From positions 330,953 through 394,952 of the forward strand of contig CAWBNS010000009.1 of the NCBI GenBank assembly GCA_963790215.1: a stretch of 64,000 nt of DNA, given 5' to 3'. Numbering within the stretch: position 1 is the stretch's first letter; every line of letters starts with the position of its first letter. Below the pieces are notes generated by a model. It made no database searches. It had not been told where the DNA came from and saw only the letters and a list, made by a program, of their open reading frames with translations. The stretch comes from an uncultured Chlamydiae bacterium (GTDB lineage Bacteria > Chlamydiota > Chlamydiia > Chlamydiales > JAJFMA01). Both the position numbers and the translations under genes were made by a program. Of this stretch, positions 37,411 through 47,068 are shown piece after piece.

Positions 37411-39090
37411 ATGCCGGAATACTATCAAGTTAAAATTGTCACCATTCTCACCTTCGGGTTTGCCTTAGCGAGCCTGTTCGGCTACCTCTCGCGCTTAGCT
37501 AGGCTTTCGCCGCTGCTGGGGTATCTCCTCGCAGGTTATCTGATTGGTCCTTACTCGCCTGGTATCGTCGCCGACGAAAAGGTTGCGGAGCAGCTTGCCG
37601 AGATTGGGGTGATCCTCATGATGTTTGGAGTGGGAATGCACTTCAAATGGGAGGATTTGGTTAGCGTCAAAGCTGTCGCAATTCCTGGAGCTGTCATTCA
37701 AACATTAGCCTCTGCCTGCGCTAGTTTGTTTCTTGTGCTGCATCTGGGTTGGAGTTGGGAATCCGGTATCGTCGTTGGCATAGCAGTCGGTGTAGCTAGC
37801 ACTGTTGTGCTGGTGAGAGTCCTGTCTGATAACAACTTACTTGGTACTCCTCAGGGACACATCGCCGTTGGTTGGTTGATCGTAGAAGATATCCTGACGG
37901 TGTTTGCTTTATTGCTGCTTCCGACTATGGCTAAGCATAGCAATGGTGCCGAGATTTCGGCTTCGGGTATTGCGGGGACGGTGGTATTTGTTCTGCTAAA
38001 GTTCGTCGTCTTGGCTGTGTTGATTTTCACTATAGGCCGCAAGTTTGTTATTTTTTCGCTGATGAGGGTGGCTCGCACTCGTTCGCATGAGTTGATGACG
38101 CTGACGGTACTGGCGCTGACGTTTGTCATTGCGGAAGGTTCGGCTTACCTTTTTGGCACTTCTATTGCTCTGGGGGCTTTCATTGCTGGGATGGTGATCG
38201 GCCGTACAGAAGTGAGGCATCAAGTTTCGGCAAATGCCCTTCCTCTGCGCGATGCGTTTGTCGTGGTCTTCTTTTTGTCTGTGGGCATGATTTTTAACCC
38301 GATGGCGATCGCGACGGATACGAGTCTATTTTTTTCCATTTTAGGCATCATCCTTCTCGTCAAGCCTTTGGTCGCGGGTGTACTTGTTTTGCTTTTCAAA
38401 CATCCGCTTAAGACGGCGTTAACGGTAGCGATTGGTTTGGCACAGATAGGGGAATTTTCGTTTATCCTATCTGAAGAGGCGTTAAAATATAATATTCTGC
38501 CGGATATTGGGTATGACCTGATTGTCGCCTGCGCTTTGGTGTCTATTGCGATTAACCCACTTTTATTCAAGTGTGTGAATCCAGTCAGTCGATTTTTTGA
38601 ACGTCGATTTTTCACGTTGGCTCGAACAGAGAAAGCTGTAGCGTATGCCTCTCAGATTACACCGAGAGCAGTCGTCGTGGGTTTTGGCCCTGTAGGTCAG
38701 GGAGTGGTGGATACGTTGGAAAAGATCGGCTACCAAACGATCATTATTGATCTCAACGTGGATGTTATCTCACGACTTACACTTGAAAATCGCGACGGAT
38801 TGTATGGAGATGCGGCTAGTCCAGGTGTGTTGGAACAAGCCCATATTGAAACAGCGAGTTTGCTCGTGATTACCTCTCCCGATACGCTAGCAACAATAGG
38901 TGCCATTAATGCGGCACGTCAGGTTAATCCGAAAATTCCGATCATCGCCAGAGTGCGCTATACCGGAGACCAAGACCAGCTCGCTCGCATGAATGTGCGC
39001 ATTGTCTGCTCTGAAGTAGAAGAGAAGAAAGCCTTCGAGGAGGCGTTGGAACGTATGCCTGCTCTGGGCGCCGCGCAGATGATTACGTGA
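37411..39090 (+). CDS. CPA2-family monovalent cation:proton antiporter with C-terminal TrkA-N (KTN) domain
   Basis: 559 aa, about 12 TM segments of Kef/YbaL type, then VVVGFGPVGQGVVDTL Rossmann motif. Confidence 0.85.
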   Translation: MPEYYQVKIVTILTFGFALASLFGYLSRLARLSPLLGYLLAGYLIGPYSPGIVADEKVAEQLAEIGVILMMFGVGMHFKWEDLVSVKAVAIPGAVIQTLASACASLFLVLHLGWSWESGIVVGIAVGVASTVVLVRVLSDNNLLGTPQGHIAVGWLIVEDILTVFALLLLPTMAKHSNGAEISASGIAGTVVFVLLKFVVLAVLIFTIGRKFVIFSLMRVARTRSHELMTLTVLALTFVIAEGSAYLFGTSIALGAFIAGMVIGRTEVRHQVSANALPLRDAFVVVFFLSVGMIFNPMAIATDTSLFFSILGIILLVKPLVAGVLVLLFKHPLKTALTVAIGLAQIGEFSFILSEEALKYNILPDIGYDLIVACALVSIAINPLLFKCVNPVSRFFERRFFTLARTEKAVAYASQITPRAVVVGFGPVGQGVVDTLEKIGYQTIIIDLNVDVISRLTLENRDGLYGDAASPGVLEQAHIETASLLVITSPDTLATIGAINAARQVNPKIPIIARVRYTGDQDQLARMNVRIVCSEVEEKKAFEEALERMPALGAAQMIT

Positions 39091-39115
39091 GAAATCTAAG
39101 CTCCTAGTTGAGGAT

Positions 39116-39208
39116 TCCGAGCCCGAGCCCGATCTGCATGATCGTTGTGGGGTGGTTCTGTTGTGCAAGTTTTTCGGGCTCGGGCACGCACACGGGCTCG
39201 GGCTCGAA
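39116..39208. repeat. GC-rich (GAGCCC/GTGCCC)n hairpin element, copy 2
   Basis: tccgagcccgagcccg ... cgggctcgggcacgcacacgggctcgggctcga between convergent genes. Confidence 0.8.
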
Positions 39209-39215
39209 ATTACCT

Positions 39216-39611
39216 TTATCCAAAAGCGAGCATTAAGGCTTCTGAGACGCTGCGGATATTAGGATCTGAGTTTTTTCTGAGGATGCGGACAAGCTTTAAT
39301 CCTTCTTCCTTGTTGCCGAGCATGAAGAAGCATTTAGCAAGGTTTAGGAGAGAAGGTCCGTGTCCGGACTCAAGTTTTAAGGCAATATCGAGGAAGCGCA
39401 TGGCTTTGGCGGGGTTACCGAGTTGCACATAGAGTGCCCCTAGGGTTTGGGCGTCATAGGCAGTGTTGCCGTCAAGAACCGTCAAGGCTTCGAATAATGG
39501 AAGGGCGATGTCGTATTTGCCTTGCCGAATGTACGCATACCCTGTGTGACGTAGGTCATCAAACTGTTCTTCAGACCACCCAAGTTTTTCTGCCCAGTTG
39601 ATTTTCCCCAT
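39216..39611 (-). CDS. Small TPR protein, class-II type III secretion chaperone-like
   Basis: 131 aa with three TPR-like repeats (YAYIRQGKYDIALPLFEAL..., LGALYVQLGNPAKAMRFLDIAL..., LAKCFFMLGNKEEG). Its position next to rsmH matches chlamydial synteny as I recall it. Confidence 0.55.
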   Translation of the reverse strand: MGKINWAEKLGWSEEQFDDLRHTGYAYIRQGKYDIALPLFEALTVLDGNTAYDAQTLGALYVQLGNPAKAMRFLDIALKLESGHGPSLLNLAKCFFMLGNKEEGLKLVRILRKNSDPNIRSVSEALMLAFG

Positions 39612-39618
39612 CGTGTAA

Positions 39619-40071
39619 CTATCCTTGCAGGAACTGGCCTACGCGGCCAATGACGTGAGATAGCCACTCGTTCAGCTTATTGATCTGCGCGAAACAGGTG
39701 AGCAGAATGTTTTTTTCTCGGGCTTCATCGGGAGTACCGGTGTCTGTATTTTCGACCATATTCTCCAGTTCGATCTGTTCGGCAAGCGTGCCGAGACTAG
39801 GGGCAACCCTGGCTACGGTGAAAGAGGGTCGGCGCCGCGTTCGCTTGGGCCGAAAACGCACAAAAACTGCCCAAGGTGTCGTGACAGCTGCCACTCCCAT
39901 CAACAAATCTAGCTCATTGGGACGCGCATAGGTGTCAACAACCTGCACGTGGGGAGGAATCGCCTGTGCTTTATCGAGCCCAAACTCCTTCTTTACTCCC
40001 TCAACGAACTCGGTTCGCTCGGCGTACTGAACGTGGACGCGGAAATCTAAGTTGTCAACAGTTTCAGCCAT
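39619..40071 (-). CDS. Hypothetical protein
   Basis: 150-aa ORF with an ATG start, 8 nt upstream of the TPR gene. No motif recognised. Confidence 0.5.
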   Translation of the reverse strand: MAETVDNLDFRVHVQYAERTEFVEGVKKEFGLDKAQAIPPHVQVVDTYARPNELDLLMGVAAVTTPWAVFVRFRPKRTRRRPSFTVARVAPSLGTLAEQIELENMVENTDTGTPDEAREKNILLTCFAQINKLNEWLSHVIGRVGQFLQG

Positions 40072-40199
40072 AGCACTATTCTCCTCTTAATTTATTTTAG
40101 CAGATAGTCGTGTAAAAATACACAATCCGGTCTCATAGGGTTGAAATCTGCCGGTTATTGTGGGACAATTACGTCCTATTATTTTCCCGAGGCAGAAAT

Positions 40200-41102
40200 A
40201 TGACGCATATTCCCGTGCTTCTTCAGGAGGTCATCCACGCATTTGACGGCTGTATCCTAGGCACATTTTTTGATGGTACAGTGGGGGCTGGCGGTCATGC
40301 GGCGGCATTACTCCAGGCGCACCCTGAGATCACCCGCTACATTGGCGTGGATCAAGATCCTACGGCCCTTGCGTTAGCCTCAGCGCGCCTTTCGTCTTGG
40401 GGGGGTACTATTGACCTTCAGAGAGGAAATTTCTGCGATCTAGACAAAGTATTGGGCACGACCAAAGTCGATGGAATTTTTCTTGATATCGGGGTTTCCT
40501 CCATGCAACTCGACACAGCAGAGCGCGGGTTTAGCTTCCGTCAAGAGGCTCCGTTGGACATGCGTATGGATCCCGAGGGCAGTCTGACCGCTGAACAGGT
40601 TCTCAACACATGGAGCGAAAAAGAATTAGCTCGGGTCTTTCGCGACCTGGGCGAGGAACCCCAATGGCGGCTAGCTGCACGGTTAGTCGCAGAAGATCGA
40701 CCATTTCACACGACTTTAGAGCTGGCAAGCCTCTTAAACCGCACGCTCAAAGGCAAACCAGGCATTCACCCGGCTACTCGTGTTTTTCAAGCATTGCGGA
40801 TTTGTGTAAACCGAGAGCTGGAAGTGCTGCAGACAGCTTTGAACAAAGCTATGGATCTTTTGAATCCAGGCGGACGCATTGCTGTGATCTCGTTTCATAG
40901 TCTTGAGGATCGCATCGTAAAAGAGACCTTCCGCGATTGGGCTTCCGATAAAGCATCTTCAGCGGGACGTCCTGGACTATTTCTCAACAAAGATCCGATG
41001 GCTTCTATCATGACAAAAAAACCTCTAGAGGCAAGCGACGAAGAAGTTTCGATTAACCCCCGCTCGCGCAGCGCGAAACTTCGCGTAGCCACGAGGCTAT
41101 AA
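40200..41102 (+). CDS. rsmH: 16S rRNA (cytosine1402-N4)-methyltransferase
   Basis: HIPVLLQEV...DGTVGAGGHA...DLGVSSMQLD...SFHSLEDRIVK. ATG at 40200; the track start at 40158 is TTG. Confidence 0.93.
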   Translation: MTHIPVLLQEVIHAFDGCILGTFFDGTVGAGGHAAALLQAHPEITRYIGVDQDPTALALASARLSSWGGTIDLQRGNFCDLDKVLGTTKVDGIFLDIGVSSMQLDTAERGFSFRQEAPLDMRMDPEGSLTAEQVLNTWSEKELARVFRDLGEEPQWRLAARLVAEDRPFHTTLELASLLNRTLKGKPGIHPATRVFQALRICVNRELEVLQTALNKAMDLLNPGGRIAVISFHSLEDRIVKETFRDWASDKASSAGRPGLFLNKDPMASIMTKKPLEASDEEVSINPRSRSAKLRVATRL

Positions 41103-41104
41103 CT

Positions 41105-41365
41105 ATGCTAATTCGCCTTTTTCTTTGTCTTGCAGGTGGCGGAATCGCCTTCTATGCCTACATCGCACAGCACAACGCGTTGACGGAGCTTCGTATGGAC
41201 CTGCCTAAGCTGGCCAAAGAGGTACGTGCTCTGCGCGAAGACAACGGTCGTTTGGAACTCGAGATTCGACGCTACAAAAGCCCTCAGCACCTTTTGGAGC
41301 TCTCTTTACAACCTGAATACACCCATCTCCGCTATCCAACCTATGAAGAGGTCATTCGAAAATGA
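41105..41365 (+). CDS. FtsL-like small bitopic division protein
   Basis: 86 aa with one N-terminal TM and a coiled-coil (LRALREDNGRLELEIRRYKSP). Sits between rsmH and ftsI. Confidence 0.55.
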   Translation: MLIRLFLCLAGGGIAFYAYIAQHNALTELRMDLPKLAKEVRALREDNGRLELEIRRYKSPQHLLELSLQPEYTHLRYPTYEEVIRK

Positions 41366-43341
41366 GGCAGGAGAAACATCCTTCGACCGATCGCGATCGC
41401 CAAAGGATCTTGTGGATAGCTCTCGTCTTGTTTTTTCTGTTTGCCATGCTGATTGTGCAGTATTATGTCATTCAGATTTTGGAAGGAGAAAAGTGGAGCC
41501 GCGTGGCTCGCAAACAACACTTCTTAGTAATCAATGAGCCGTTCGTCAGAGGCGCCTTTTACAGTAATCTACTCGTGCAGCCTACGCATATACAAGAGCA
41601 GGTTCCTTTAGTTAGCGACACGCGAAAATTCCATCTCTACGCCGATCCGCAATCGATCCCTGAAGCCGTGCGTGGACATGTCGCCACCTCGCTCGCCCAA
41701 CTGCTGCACATTGATCGAGAGAAGATTCTGACTGAGCTTCAGCGTAAAAGCCGCAGCCGCAAGCTAGCGATCTGGTTGGACAATGATGACAAAGAGCAAG
41801 TGTTGCAATGGTGGGGGCCGTTTGCGAAATCGCATCGGCTCGCGCGCAACGCTCTGTTTTTCTGCGGAGATTACGAGCGCTCCTACCCACATGGCCATCT
41901 CCTCGGGCAAGTCTTACAAACCGTGCAGAAAGGTCGCGATGAAACCACTGGACAAGCCGTTCCCACTGGTGGTCTAGAACTCACCTTAGATCGGTTTTTA
42001 CGAGGCAAACAGGGACGCCGGCGCGTCATGCGCTCGCCGAGAAATGCATTCGAAATTGGTGACGTTCTCGAAGCTCCAGAAGACGGCGCAGACATCCATT
42101 TGACCATCAATCATGTTCTCCAAGCCATTGTAGAGGAGGAACTCGAAGCCGGCGTGAAACGCTCTAAAGGTAAAGGCGGATGGGCCGTCATGATGGATCC
42201 TTACACAGGAGACATTCTCGCCCTCGCGCAATATCCCTTCTTCGATCCGCAACATTACGGCGACTATTTCAGTGATCCAGAAAAACTCGATGACACACGC
42301 ATCAAAGCCATAACCGACGCAACCGAGCCTGGCTCCATCATGAAGCCCATCACATTGGCGATAGCATTACTCGCCAATGACGAGTTAAAAAGACGTGGAG
42401 AACCTAGTCTGATCGATCCTGAAGAGAAAATTCCCGTTCATGATGGCCGTTTTCCTGGCCGTAAAAATCCCCTTAAAGATGTCATGCCTGCGCGCTTTTG
42501 CAACATGAACATTGGCCTCCAACGCTCCTCCAACATCTACATGGCTACATTGATTCATCGTGTCATAGAACGGCTCGGTGCCGACTGGTACAGAAAGACT
42601 TTGGTAGAGGTGTTTGGTTTCGGAATCAAAACAGGACTCGAAATTCCCGGAGAAACAGCTGGTGTGGTGCCGCGACCAGGAAAAACCCACCCTAATGGCG
42701 CTCTGGAATGGTCTGTACCAACACCTTATTCTCTTGCTATGGGCCATAATCTCCAAGCCAACAGCATCCAGATGGTGCGCGCCTATGCAGTCATTGCCAA
42801 TGGCGGCTACTTGGTCCAACCCACATTGATCCGAAAAATCGTAAAAGAAGATCAAGTCCTTCTAGACAATACTGTAGACAAAGAACCTCCACGCAAACTC
42901 AATCAAGCCATCACCGCACGCGTACTCGAAGCCATGCGATACGCCACTAAATTCAAACGTGCAGATATTCCAGGATATACCGAAGCAGGGAAGACTGGTA
43001 CAGCAGAAAAAGTCATCAACGGCGTCTATGCGCGCGACAATCACCTAACTTCCTTCATGGGCTTTGCACCTGCGCATCAGCCAGCTTTTGTCTTATTAGT
43101 TACCATTGATGATCCCGAAAAACACACCTATCCCGGCGTCGGCAAAACACACATGGGCAGCTATGCAGCTATGCCCCTCTTCCGCGAAATAGGAAAGCGC
43201 GCCCTAGCCTATCTAGGAGTCCCTCAAGATGATCCCTATGGATTCCCGACAACCGATCCGCGCTACGATCCCGATAAAGCCGAATGGGTTAAAGAATACA
43301 AAGCGCTGCAGGAGCTGTTCGAGCAATGGCATAAAAAATAG
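41362..43341 (+). CDS. ftsI: Penicillin-binding protein 3 type transpeptidase
   Basis: 659 aa with an N-terminal TM, GSIMKP (SxxK), RSSN (SxN) and GKTGTAEK (KTG). ATGA overlap with the upstream gene. Confidence 0.9.
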   Translation: MRQEKHPSTDRDRQRILWIALVLFFLFAMLIVQYYVIQILEGEKWSRVARKQHFLVINEPFVRGAFYSNLLVQPTHIQEQVPLVSDTRKFHLYADPQSIPEAVRGHVATSLAQLLHIDREKILTELQRKSRSRKLAIWLDNDDKEQVLQWWGPFAKSHRLARNALFFCGDYERSYPHGHLLGQVLQTVQKGRDETTGQAVPTGGLELTLDRFLRGKQGRRRVMRSPRNAFEIGDVLEAPEDGADIHLTINHVLQAIVEEELEAGVKRSKGKGGWAVMMDPYTGDILALAQYPFFDPQHYGDYFSDPEKLDDTRIKAITDATEPGSIMKPITLAIALLANDELKRRGEPSLIDPEEKIPVHDGRFPGRKNPLKDVMPARFCNMNIGLQRSSNIYMATLIHRVIERLGADWYRKTLVEVFGFGIKTGLEIPGETAGVVPRPGKTHPNGALEWSVPTPYSLAMGHNLQANSIQMVRAYAVIANGGYLVQPTLIRKIVKEDQVLLDNTVDKEPPRKLNQAITARVLEAMRYATKFKRADIPGYTEAGKTGTAEKVINGVYARDNHLTSFMGFAPAHQPAFVLLVTIDDPEKHTYPGVGKTHMGSYAAMPLFREIGKRALAYLGVPQDDPYGFPTTDPRYDPDKAEWVKEYKALQELFEQWHKK

Positions 43342-43365
43342 TCTAAAAAACTATGCCAACATATA

Positions 43366-43752
43366 AATCGTGCCCGTGTGCGTGCCCGTGCCCGTGCCCG
43401 TGTGCGTGCCCGTGCCCGATCTTTAAAGGGGGTAGCCATGAGAGGTTTCTCCATAAAATCGTGCCCGTGCCCGTGCCCGATCTTTAAAGGGGGTAGCCAT
43501 GAGAGGTTTCTCCATAAAATCGGGCACGGGCACGCACACGGGCACGGGCACGATCTTTAAAGGGGGTAGCCATGAGAGGTTCTCCATAAAATCGTGCCCG
43601 TGTGCGTGCCCGTGCCCGTGCCCGATCTTTAAAGGGGGTAGCCATGAGAGGTTCTCCATAAAATCGGGCACGGGCACGCACACGGGCACGGGCACGATCT
43701 TTAAAGGGGGTAGCCATGAGAGGTTTCTCCATAAAATCGGGCACGGGCACGA
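43366..43752. repeat. Composite array: five direct 43-44-nt units alternating with (GTGCCC)n blocks of alternating orientation
   Basis: Units gatctttaaagggggtagccatgagaggtt(t)ctccataaaatcg lie at 43418, 43479, 43552, 43624 and 43696. GC blocks are forward at 43369, 43462 and 43595, and reverse at 43523, 43667 and 43740. Confidence 0.9.
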
Positions 43753-43832
43753 TACTATTTTGGTAACAGTAAACTCCCCACCAATCATTTCTTTTCTTTG
43801 CCTCTTTGACGGATTGGGTTTACATTGGACGC

Positions 43833-45311
43833 ATGGAATCGATCAAATTAAAAAAGCTGCTTAAGGATCTGCCTGAGATTCAGGTGAAGGGATCGCGCGA
43901 GGTAGAAATAACTGGTTTATGCGCGAATTCACAATCTGTATCGCCGGGCAACCTATTTGTCGCAAAAAAAGGCGCTACGCATGACGGAATACAGTTCATC
44001 GACGATGCCATCTCAGCAGGTGCTGCAGCTGTATTAACAGACGTCTATGATCCATCTCTGAAGGTTGTACAACTCATCCATCCTGATGTCACAGCCATGG
44101 AAGCGCAGCTGGCAGCGCGCGTTTATGATGACCCTTGTAACAAGCTCTTTATGGTTGGTATAACGGGCACCAATGGCAAGACAACAACCACCTGCTGGAT
44201 CAAACATGTCTTAGATGCATGGGGCGATTCTTGCGGGCTCATAGGCTCGATTGAGTATGTGATCGGACCGCATCGCCATGAGGCTGACCGTACCACACCG
44301 GATGTGTGCACCAACCAAAAAATGTTAGCTGAGATGGTCAAGCACGGCTGCAAAAGCGCTTCCATCGAAGTGACCTCCCACGCACTTATGCAAGAGCGCA
44401 TCAGTCAAATCCAGTTTGATGTCATCGCCTTCACGAACCTCTCTCAAGACCATCTCGACTATCATGGCACTATGGAAGACTACGCGAAAGCTAAAAACCG
44501 ATTCTTCCGCCTTCCTCAAAAAGCCCACGCACAAGCGATTGTCAATGCAGATGACCTATGGTTTTCCCATATTGTAAAAGACACTCACTTGCCCCTGCTA
44601 ACCTTTGCTATCAACAACCCCGCCGACATCCACGCTAGCGATCTGTCGTTACATCCCAACAAAACCATCTTCACTGTTACCTACAAAGCAGAATCATTAC
44701 GTTTTCAAATCCCTGTAGCAGGAAGACACAATGTCTACAACAGCCTGGTCGTCATCGGCGTCGGTCTCTGCCGGGGCATCCCATTTAGCCAACTCCCCGC
44801 ACTTCTAAAGCGGTTGCCAACCGTGCCTGGACGCCTACAGAGCATTCCGAATGCTCTCGATTTAAATCTCTATGTAGATTACGCGCACAAACCAGGTGCC
44901 ATGATTAACGTGCTACGCACACTACGAGAAGCCACTCAAGGACGCCTCATCCTTGTCTTCGGAGCCGGCGGCGATCGCGATCGATCCAAACGCCCTCTCA
45001 TGGCTGCCGCAGCTGAACGTTACGCCGATGTAACGATTGTCACCACCGACAATCCCCGCAGCGAAGATCCCACTGCAATCTGCGACGAAATCTGCAGCGG
45101 CTTTAGTCAAACCTATCATCCTAGAATCATTGCCAACCGCCATGAGGCCATCACAGAAGCCATTCGCATGGCTACACCCAATGATGTCGTCCTCCTCGCC
45201 GGCCGAGGACATGAGCCTAGACAAATTTTTGCCCATCATACCATCGATTTCAACGATGCCCAAGTAGCCCAAGATATCTGTTCTGAACTGGCCGGAGCCC
45301 ACAAATCATGA
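43833..45311 (+). CDS. murE: UDP-N-acetylmuramoyl-L-alanyl-D-glutamate--2,6-diaminopimelate ligase
   Basis: GITGTNGKTTT P-loop and a TTDNPRSEDP (DNPR) mDAP-type motif. ATG at 43833; the track start at 43806 is TTG inside the repeat flank. Confidence 0.92.
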   Translation: MESIKLKKLLKDLPEIQVKGSREVEITGLCANSQSVSPGNLFVAKKGATHDGIQFIDDAISAGAAAVLTDVYDPSLKVVQLIHPDVTAMEAQLAARVYDDPCNKLFMVGITGTNGKTTTTCWIKHVLDAWGDSCGLIGSIEYVIGPHRHEADRTTPDVCTNQKMLAEMVKHGCKSASIEVTSHALMQERISQIQFDVIAFTNLSQDHLDYHGTMEDYAKAKNRFFRLPQKAHAQAIVNADDLWFSHIVKDTHLPLLTFAINNPADIHASDLSLHPNKTIFTVTYKAESLRFQIPVAGRHNVYNSLVVIGVGLCRGIPFSQLPALLKRLPTVPGRLQSIPNALDLNLYVDYAHKPGAMINVLRTLREATQGRLILVFGAGGDRDRSKRPLMAAAAERYADVTIVTTDNPRSEDPTAICDEICSGFSQTYHPRIIANRHEAITEAIRMATPNDVVLLAGRGHEPRQIFAHHTIDFNDAQVAQDICSELAGAHKS

Positions 45312-46045
45312 AAATTCTCGGAACCCTTTGCTGTACATTTCTGCTCTTGCTCACTGGCTGTACACCAACCATAAGCGAGCCCGTTGAACACGCCAACCTA
45401 CCACAAACCTATTCCGCAGATCGCATCGTACAACGCACCAAACCCGCGCAATTAAAAAAAGGCCCTCCGTTACTTGTGTTGATCGATCCCGGACATGGAG
45501 GCAAAGATCCTGGCGCACGCACACGCACCAAGCCGGTTCAAGAAGAAAAAGCCCTAGCACTAGCTACCGCCAAGTTCGTACAAACCTATCTGCAGCAATT
45601 GGGCATGCGAGCACAACTCACACGATCGGATGACACCTTCCTTGAACTAAAAGAACGCGTTGCCGTCGCCAAGCAAGCCCGTGCAGATCTCTTTGTCAGC
45701 GTGCACTATAACGCTTCCCCAGATCCCGAAACCAAAGCTCAAGGCGTCGAAGTCTACTACTACCAATCCGATAAAGACCCATCACGTAGCCTCAATTCCA
45801 AAGCACTCGCGAATGACGTACTTAAGCAGATTATCTCTCATACCAAAAGCCACTCACGCGGCGTCAAACATGGCAACTACCACGTGATCCGCGAGACAAC
45901 TATGCCAGCCATCCTCGTAGAAGGAGGATTCTTAAATAACAGCCAAGAAGCCGAACGCATTAAACAAACCAGCTTCCAGAAAGAAATCGCCTGGGGCATC
46001 GCCAGAGGTATCGTCGACTACGCAAACAATCAGAAAAAGAGATAA
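45308..46045 (+). CDS. N-acetylmuramoyl-L-alanine amidase (Amidase_3 family) lipoprotein
   Basis: Lipobox LLLTGC, with IDPGHGGKDPGA and DLFVSVHYNA. ATGA overlap with murE. Confidence 0.85.
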   Translation: MKILGTLCCTFLLLLTGCTPTISEPVEHANLPQTYSADRIVQRTKPAQLKKGPPLLVLIDPGHGGKDPGARTRTKPVQEEKALALATAKFVQTYLQQLGMRAQLTRSDDTFLELKERVAVAKQARADLFVSVHYNASPDPETKAQGVEVYYYQSDKDPSRSLNSKALANDVLKQIISHTKSHSRGVKHGNYHVIRETTMPAILVEGGFLNNSQEAERIKQTSFQKEIAWGIARGIVDYANNQKKR

Positions 46046-46046
46046 G

Positions 46047-46120
46047 TGTCCTCGGCGCGATTCGAACGCGCGACCTGTTGCTTAGGAGGCAACCGCTCTA
46101 TCCAACTGAGCTACGAGAAC
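46047..46120 (-). tRNA. tRNA-Arg (anticodon CCT)
   Basis: Hand-folded. Acceptor GTTCTCG/CGAGGAC, anticodon arm GTTGC-CTCCTAA-GCAAC, T arm GCGCG-TTCGAAT-CGCGC, discriminator A. Confidence 0.93.
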
Positions 46121-46222
46121 AGAAGACGCGAACAGACTAGCCCATCAGACCACTTTCCTTCAATCTAGCTGTTAGGACATGAATGATGGTAAATGGAAAA
46201 GTTGCCAAATAACGGAGCAACG

Positions 46223-46810
46223 ATGACAAAAAAAATATTCATGATCGCGGGCCCTAATGGCTCAGGGAAAACAACAACAGCCACCTCTTTACTACCCGAT
46301 CTGCTGCGCCTTGACGAATTCCTCAATGCTGACGAAATAGCGCGCGGCCTAGCTCCCCTCAACCCCGAAAGTGTCTCCGTCGAAGCCGGAAAGTTAATGT
46401 TGAAACGATTCAGAGATCTTTTGACTGCGCAACAAAGTTTTGCCTTCGAAACTACCGGGGCAGCTAAAACCTTCCTCATGTACTTCAAAAAAGCCAGAGA
46501 AGAGAACTACGAAATCAACCTTATGTATCTTTGGCTACCCAGTCCTGACCTAGCCATCGAACGCGTCGCACATAGAGTCGCGCAAGGAGGACACAATATC
46601 CCCGAGGAAACCATCCGAAGACGATACGTCAACGGAGCAACAAATATTGTTAACCACTATTTACCATTTGTTGATAATGCGCTTATTGTTGATAATTCGT
46701 CTGGCACACCCAAACCCATAGCTCGCAAAGACAATAAAGGCGAGGTAGAAATAGAAAACCAAATGATTTGGGAACGACTAAAAAAGGCATCCTATGTCCC
46801 TGCACATTAA
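46223..46810 (+). CDS. Zeta-toxin-like P-loop kinase/ATPase (COG4185-type)
   Basis: IAGPNGSGKTTTA Walker A close to the N-terminus, about 195 aa, ...HRVAQGGHNIPEE. The internal Met at 46223 is preferred. Confidence 0.65.
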   Translation: MTKKIFMIAGPNGSGKTTTATSLLPDLLRLDEFLNADEIARGLAPLNPESVSVEAGKLMLKRFRDLLTAQQSFAFETTGAAKTFLMYFKKAREENYEINLMYLWLPSPDLAIERVAHRVAQGGHNIPEETIRRRYVNGATNIVNHYLPFVDNALIVDNSSGTPKPIARKDNKGEVEIENQMIWERLKKASYVPAH

Positions 46811-46988
46811 TGATATTTTGTTGGAAGGCTGCAAACGAGGAGCAAAATACGCCATCGACTTATCCATTCGAACTGGCGTTCCTTTGGTTGTCGAAAAAAA
46901 CGGAAAGATCATCGAAATCCCGCCTAAATACAAATATGTCCGAGTGCCCATCAAGGCTCCAAAGAAGGCTGCCAAAAAAACCAAATAG
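46794..46988 (+). CDS. Small hypothetical protein with Lys-rich tail, overlapping the zeta-like gene by 17 nt (possible partner)
   Basis: 64-aa ORF. Coding status is uncertain. Confidence 0.35.
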   Translation: MSLHINDILLEGCKRGAKYAIDLSIRTGVPLVVEKNGKIIEIPPKYKYVRVPIKAPKKAAKKTK

Positions 46989-47068
46989 TGATAGACTGCA
47001 GGGACGACACGAGACGATTTCATTAGCTTTCAAGCTCTCAGGAAGCGCGTTCTGGTGATTTTTTTCCT

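Noticed and set aside
43366-43752. Possible CRISPR array (direct repeats of about 43 nt at a 61-73 nt period).
   Set aside because: The 'spacers' are low-complexity (GTGCCC)n blocks that repeat and invert rather than being unique sequences. There is no leader or cas gene nearby, and there are only five units.
43378-43864. Track ORFs on both strands encoding GHGHAHGHGH, CPCPCP, ARARARTRAR and IFKGGSHERFSIKS repeat peptides. One is a 121-aa ORF running into murE.
   Set aside because: They are translations of the (GTGCCC)n / 43-nt unit array in every frame and orientation. Similar peptides appear on both strands, codon usage is dictated by the repeat, and one ORF overlaps the real murE start. 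I treat them as non-coding.
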